In this document: piece after piece, positions 45,155-52,108 of the stretch | Layout of the letters: each line of letters starts with the position of its first letter | Position numbering within the stretch: the stretch's first letter is position 1 | NCBI GenBank assembly: GCA_000320545.1 | Contig: ADNK01001988.1 | Span: forward strand, 1-52,108 | Length of the DNA: 52,108 nt | Direction of reading: 5' to 3' | From: Bigelowiella natans CCMP2755 | Lineage: Eukaryota > Protista > Cercozoa | Made by a program: the position numbers and the translations under genes | The notes under the pieces: generated by a model | Database searches by the model: none | Told to the model about the DNA's origin: nothing | What the model saw: the letters and a program-made list of their open reading frames with translations, nothing else

Positions 45155-47695
45155 ACTCTATTCTCTCTCCACAGGAAAGCTGCGAGTCGCAATCGATTCT
45201 GGCGTGCAACTGATAAACAAGAAATCTGGTGAAGTGAAGGTAAGTTTATCGATGACTAGAAGTAGGGGAAGATACCTTGGCTTTAGAATGATAATGATTC
45301 ATGTTGGAAAATATCAAATACAAAGAGCCCTCCACCCTCCTCTCAATGTCTCCCAAATTTTCTTAAATTCACATCATACATTGTACAGGCAAAAGAAGAA
45401 AAGAACAAGCGCACCGTACCTTGTCCCATGTTGAGAATTCACCTCGCCAAGGAAGTGATGGTAAAAATATTTCGAGTGAAGAGGGGCGGGATAATGTTGT
45501 AAGTATTAGCCCTTGGTTTATTGGCAGATACGCTTCTGCACTGTAATCCCCCTCCCTATTTTCGGTCTCAATATGTGACGCATTCACCCACTACATCATT
45601 TGTGGTGGGTAACACCAGGCAATGGATCCCCAAAAGCTGCAAGATATGATGGTGTCATACGTCCTCGAGTCTCGTACGCTAAGCATTCCGGCCACATACG
45701 ATTTGGTCTTGCAGCCCTCCTCCCCCCCAGCCGAATTCTTTTCTTATTTGCACAACAACAACAACAACAAGCCACAAACACCGCTGGCCTGCCGTCATTC
45801 ATCCACCGTGTTTCATCCTCCTCCTCATCATCATCATCATTATCATTATCGTAGATGGGACAAGCGGTGATTCCAAGGGAGGAGGTGGAGCTCTCGATGT
45901 TCAAGAAGTACATGCTACACGCGCTGGGGGTTAGTACGAACGCAATCTACTGGCCTGTTGCATTGATATGCTGCAATTTATTGTGCGGAAGAAAGAAAAC
46001 AACAGTAACTAACTATCACCGCAGTGAATTTATCAAGTATCATCTGCCAACAAAATCAAAACTCTACTGCACGAGAAACTACTCCTCTACCAGCGACTCA
46101 ATGATGACGCGATGCTTCTCCTTTGTCTATTGTTGTTGTTGTTGTACCATGTATTTCTGCTCGTATTGTTGCTGTTTTTACTGCTGCTGTTTTTATTGTT
46201 GCTGCAAGGAGATGTTCCCGCGTGGTATTGTTCGATTGATTTTCGAGTATCGAGTTAGAAGTCCAAGAGGTAGGTAGGTAGGTAGGTAGGTAGGTGAGTG
46301 CTAGGCATTGTTCGCCTCTTTTCCCCAATAGTAATGAAAATAGTGAAAAGGGCGAGGAGGGAGAGGAGGAGAAGGAGGAGGAGGAGGAGGAGGAGGAAAT
46401 GGAGGGAGAAGGAAATGGAGGAAGTGGAAAACCCAGAAGCAACAAAACAACAATATGAAGTTTGATCCGAGGCATTGAGAGGAGTGTCCGATTTTACTTT
46501 AATTACAACCTTCTTTCTGGTGCTGCTTTACTTACATCCCCCTCTTGCCCTTTCCTATTTCCCCTCTTCTTTGGTCCCCCCCCTCATCGAATCTTTCCTC
46601 CTCCTCCTTCGTCTCTCATCACCACCACCACCACCACTCCGTCTAATCCTAGAATTGTTGCCTCACTTGTGCTTTCCTCCTCGACATGTATTCTCCTCCT
46701 CCTCCTCCTCCACCACCACCTCCTCCTCCCTTTCCACCATGTCGTCAGGCGTTCCTTACACGCTGCGTATGTCATCTACCTACGGGGGGCTTGCCAACAC
46801 GTATGAGTCCCTTGTCGATGGTAATATTCATTTATTTACTTTTAATAGAGCGATGGCTAGTTACGCGGTACTAAGAAGTAGTATTTGTAATAGAGTAGTT
46901 TCAGAAGAAGAATATGCTACGATGAATATCAGTACGACGACGCTCGTAACAGCTGCAGCCAGTGGCACTACTACTGATAGGCGTCCCCTTTGCCTTTCTC
47001 CCCTTGATTCTACTTAACCTCGAAACATGCGTGTGCTATGGTGAATTGATGTGGTTGGGGCGGTTGGGCGCTACTACACCCCTCCCTGCCTGCATACCCT
47101 CGAGACGCAGCTTAACCTAGATCTGAGGCATTCTTTCCTGAATCTATCATCGCCACACGTATCGTTGTCACCCTCCATCATCTTTATATCTTATGATGAA
47201 AGGACGACATGGATGGCCTGGAGCTGGAACTCGCTCAGGGCTTATCTACCGGCAGCAGCAGCCATACATACAACGAGCCAACGACAGACAACAATAACAA
47301 TAACAACAACAACAACAACAACTTTGTATACGCGTTGTAGAGTAGTATATAATATGCTTGCTTGGTTTCTTCTTCGCTCTTTCTTTCTTGACGGCGGCCG
47401 CTGCCGCTGCTGCTGCTGCTGCTGCCGCAGGATGAAGTTGTGTCCCTGGTTTCTGACACTTTTCCCTCCTTGTGTTGCTTGTTGTCAACGTGTCGTCGAT
47501 GCCTTCGTCGTCGTGTTTGCTTAAATGCCTCCTCCTCCTCCTCCTCCTCCTCCTCCTCCTTCTCCCCCGCCTCCTCGTCAACATCTATTAAGCCAAGAAC
47601 AGTATATTGAGGCAGAGTTTCCATTCGGTAAGTTATCGATGTTGGATTGTCAATGAATATATGCTGAGAATCATCATTGCGCAACTACGCACATA

Positions 47696-47751
<56 letters not shown>

Positions 47752-47896
47752 AACACACACACACACAACCAACGCATCGCAATCTTGTAGTCCTTATCTT
47801 ATTTTGTGTATACATATAAATATATAATTGTTGAAGATGTATATCCTTCAAAAGTGATCTTATCGCAGCCGCGCCATGGGGTCTTTCAGGAACAGG

Positions 47897-47933
<37 letters not shown>

Positions 47934-49131
47934 ATTGGTGGTGACGACAGTTGTTGAACGAGGAAGATGTGTATTGTGTATATACATGTATTGACTATCG
48001 AGCATGAAATCAATGAAAGTGAATAGTATACTAACACTAAGAATAATAGACAGTAATAATAATGATTATAATATGATAATAATTATAATAATAATAAAGA
48101 TAATAAAAATTATAAAGATAGTGATAATACCAATGATGATGTCGTACTTCTCTTTCATATATTCCTTTCTGACTCATCTCCTCCATCATCTATCTCCCTC
48201 AGGCACGGAGTAATAACTACTACTACTGCTGCTACTGCTACTGCTAAGGGCTGGCCAACAGAGGGCAACTACCTGCACGAAGGCATGGCGATTGAAATAC
48301 CGTTTGAAACGGCAGCCGGGCCTTCGACAGGAGGAGCTGGAAATTACAGGGCTGCTGCTGACGAAAAAGGAAGGACGCGATGGAAGACTGTAGTAGTAGT
48401 GCACAATACAACGAGAAATTCTACCAAAAGTAACATCGATAATAGTGGTGTGGATGCGGCGTGCTCGCACATGAAATGTGAAACGTCGATCGATTCTGCA
48501 ACGACGACTCGACACAAGGCTCTGTCCGTCGCAGAAGAGGAAGAGGAAGATACAGATACTGAAGCAAAACAAAATGAGGAAGAAGAAGAAGAAGAGTTTA
48601 TATTTCCTGCTGTGGTCATCCTCAAGATTAAGCATTGAGTTAAAATCACCGTCATCATCCCTTGTATATATACAGACTTAGCTTCATTTAAATTACCCTT
48701 TCTCTCTTCTTCTCATTCTTCTTCTTCTATCTCCTCCTGGCCTGTAATGAATTCATCATCACAAGGTCGGCAAAGTAAACAGTGATCTTGAGCTTTCCAA
48801 TGGAGCTATCGAGGTGCCTCTCAAAGGAATCCCGTCCAGGGGGGCACGTATCTTCAGGTTATTGTTGACACTGCTGCCAATGGTGTTATTATTGATGATG
48901 ATGATGATGATGATGATAGTGATGAGAATTAAAGTATACACAATCGCATTTATAAGTAGTGTCAGTATTATTGTACCCTCTAAATGCGAATAATAAGCTG
49001 CATACTTGAGGAGTAAGTTCCGTGTGTGGTTATGCTGTGTGCGATGTGAAATGCTTTTATTTTGAAGATTGTGGAATACTGATCGACGGCATCACACTTA
49101 CGTGACGACGGGAAGCTTCATCTTTGAATGA
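44058..49131 (+). CDS. Hypothetical multi-exon protein with C-terminal galactose-binding-like/discoidin (jelly-roll) domain
   Basis: Spliced C-terminal exons: GVPYTLRMSSTYGGLANTYESLVDG..GAGT..QYIEAEFPF|DVYPSKVIL..|GWPTEGNYL..RWKT|VGKV..GARIFR|LWNTD..YVTTGSFIFE* (TGA 49129-49131). N-terminal part is charged/helical and unrecognised. One junction (~47270) is unresolved. Confidence 0.65.
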
Positions 49132-50122
49132 TATAGTAGCGAATCAATCCGCCGTCCAAGTCGTCATCATACAACACGCACGCGTAAATTAACTCGTAGG
49201 CATGTATAGTCGTTTATTCCCAATCAAATATAAATGCGTTGAAATGTTGGAGGAAAAAACTAAGAAATATCCACACTGGATATGCAATTTGGCGGTGTGG
49301 GTACAAGCTTATGGGCTAATAAAGCGACAAATGCGTTAATTATAGCATTGCCCAATTAGTAGTTACATTCCCGTACATGATGCTCTACAAATAAGCACGA
49401 CTGCTAGACTACACCATAGGTAGAATCGCTACCTCAGTTGCGTTGTTTGTACGATACGGTTCGAATTTGCTGCTTGTTAATCAACCATGCACACTAAATG
49501 AGCACCACGGATGATAGATGCAACACGTGAAAAGCAACACATCTAGCTAGACATGTTTACCACATTTTGCACAGATCATGTACATCTGCATGCTGTATGC
49601 TAGTATGACCTGACCAAACACACACATCTAGACATGTCTAGCATGTGCTCACTGTGTGCTCACTGGCATGGCTAGATGGTAATGTGCACATACACATTTA
49701 GACATCTAGACATGCTAGCATGTACGTTCACTATGCTCTAGTGCTCACCTCATATACTCTAAATTTCTACACGCTATAGCACGTACACGTTTTGTCATTC
49801 AGACTCAACAGCCATCTAGCCATGTCGTTTGTAATTATAAACAATGAGGTATACATGCTGCTCTAGTGAGGTGCACATATAGACATGCACACGCAGTGCT
49901 AGCAGAGATAATTCAATAAAAGTTATAAATCCTAACTAGCTAGCTAGCTAGGTGTGTAAGATTAATTGATTAATCTCGTATGGAGAGGTCTAGAGATGTA
50001 AAACACAGTGGTAATAGCTGATATAGGTAGATGTCTATGAGTTGAGATTTATGGACTGGTGCATACTAGTAATCGTGTCCATTGCTAACATTGATAATGG
50101 TTGAGGACAGGACTGAGGAGCT

Positions 50123-50689
50123 TCACAACATCTGCATTTCCGCCCTTCTACTAGCTTCATACGTTCGAAGCATGTTGAGATATACTTTCACCGAATCGTA
50201 CTTTACTCTGGCAGTGTTCGCCTACGAGCAAGAGAAGTAAACATTCGTGTATTTATACTTTCTGAAAGACCAACCAATGTTTATGCGATGAATTATGTCT
50301 GTTTCACGCTGGTTTTGTATGAGTATGATCTCTTTTATTCAACCTTTGAACTCCCCTCTCCTCTTCCTCTTCCACTTCCTCCCCCGATCCCTTACCCGCA
50401 ATCTACCTGCCTCCGCGCCTCCACCATTTTAGCAATATGCTCTTGATATTCTTATTTCCGAGATCGGTACATAGGACAGGTCCAAAGGGGAAAAGGTAGA
50501 GGGGAGGGAAGGAGCTCTCGTTAAAACATCTTCAATGATTTCTATTCGTGCTGACAGAGTGCGGCGTTGCTCTTCAGAGACGATATCGCATGGGGAAATC
50601 CTTGGTTTTCACATTCTCCCTCCCCTCCCTCCTCTCATTTGTTACACACAGACAAACACAGAGAAGAAAACGGACGAGAATGGAGGAAT

Positions 50690-50733
<44 letters not shown>

Positions 50734-51640
50734 GGGGGGGAAGGGGAGAGACCCGTAGAGGCCAACGCCTTTGCCTCGGCAGCCGACTTTGTGCCCCCCT
50801 CTCCCATGAAGGAGACAGTGAGCTATACAACATAACAGTGTTGGGGCAGAACAAACATCATTCACGCAGTCTTGAGAGATCATAAATATAAACGTGGGTG
50901 CTTGGAAGGTCAGGCCTACCTGCGCAAGTAACGATTTCTTCGTTTCCTCCATTAATTCGGCCGCCGCACACTAAAGGAAGTCAGAGGGCAAACGGCGATA
51001 AAAGAAAGGGGAGAGACGGGAGAAGAAGGATCAGGACGTGGCGACGAGGGAAGGGCTCAATATCATTCATTGGAGCTTTGCTTATGTACTACGATCATTA
51101 CCATCATCGCTATCATCCATCCTTACCCAGGGCAACAGCTATTCTCTCCTTATCCAATATACTATTCAACACTGCGACGACTACTCAACTACTATCACCT
51201 TATCGGCCCAATCTATTCCAGAGTCGCTCAGCGCATCGAGGAGGGCTTCTGGGCTATTATCGGATACCTAAAAATAGCAGCAATAGTATCATCGCCAAGA
51301 CTTCTACGTACTACAATTAGAGAGAGAAAGGAGATGTTTCCGTGGTCTAGTTTCGTCCCACGACACGGCTGATGGCACTACCATGGCAATTCCTTTCAAC
51401 ATTCCGCATCGTCGTTGTCAGTCACATGTTCACGTCTAGTTCGATTCTTACAACGAAAATATCATGCATACAACCTGCATTGAAGAAGGAGCTTTCTGCC
51501 TTTGAGGAGCATGATACTGTGGCTTTTGTTGTTGTTGTTGTTGTTGTCGTTGGTAGTGTTGTGGAGGTGCTCGCGTATTTGTAGTAGGCGTGGGTGGCCG
51601 TTGAATTGAGTTGGTCGGAGCTGGTGCTTCTTGGCCATAG
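50123..51640 (-). CDS. 5'-partial spliced gene ending in a ~110-aa helical domain resembling a tailed-phage protein family (UvsY-like by inference)
   Basis: Exons 51640-51475, 51267-51199, 50970-50920, 50822-50753, 50450-50407, 50221-50123 join in phase: P/Q-rich linker, then VSDNSPEALLDALSDSGIDWADK|CAAAELMEETKKSLLAQ|LTVSFMGEGGTKSAAEAKALASTE|YQEHIAKMVEARRQ|ANTARVKYDSVKVYLNMLRTYEASRRAEMQML*. Confidence 0.78.
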
Positions 51641-51747
51641 CTGCGTCAGCATAGAAATACTCAGAAAATGAGATCAATAATCAGCAGTTTCTCTCGTTGT
51701 ACACAATCCTGCCTAAAATCCACCATTTTTTAAAGTTTTATACTTTA

Positions 51748-51805
<58 letters not shown>

Positions 51806-52108
51806 ATATATATAGGTGTATATATGGGTGGATGGTGTGCTACGAGAGAGAGAGAGAGAGAGAGATCTCTCTCTCTCTGTATGTCTATGTATATGTATAT
51901 ATAGATATGTAGCACTAGCTCTCTCTCTCTCTCTCTCTCGCGCGCTCACGCGCACTCTATATATGCGCGCGCGTGCACATCACTCCGTGTGCCAGCAAAA
52001 ACCACAACAACAAAAGAGACAGTGTGTTGCTCTCCCAGAGAGAGAGCGCGATCTATATGCAGGCGGTGTGTGTGAGATTTTTCGTTGAGAGAGGGAGCGA
52101 GCGCGAGT

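Overview
Eukaryotic nuclear DNA: gene-dense, with many short GT-AG introns full of microsatellites. A chlorarachniophyte/cercozoan-like protist is my inference from the intron style, xPTx linkers and a bipartite plastid-type presequence. Manual splicing gives nine gene models: (1) C2 + PH protein (+); (2) a ~21-kb polycystin-1-like receptor with signal peptide, PAN-like domain, 11 C-type lectin domains, REJ, GPS, ~5 TM and a PDZ-like tail (+); (3) a small unknown 4-repeat protein built from phase-0 micro-exons (-); (4) a weak hypothetical gene or pseudogene (-); (5) Nup58 (-); (6) a FadJ/TFE-alpha-type beta-oxidation enzyme ending in SKL (+); (7) a tandem ABM/LsrG-like protein (-); (8) a protein with a C-terminal jelly-roll-like domain (+); (9) an intron-containing gene resembling a phage helical (UvsY-like) family (-, 5' partial). 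The strongest unexplained signal is a set of intergenic islands where TpA has nearly vanished except next to C/G (CTA, TAG, CTAG). Local repeat copies show TA, TG and CA at the same site, suggesting a RIP-like but AT-to-GC hypermutation confined to DNA downstream of genes. A ~130-bp prokaryote-like RND transporter fragment sits inside an intron. All domain calls are from motif recognition, not database searches; some stretches look like low-quality consensus.
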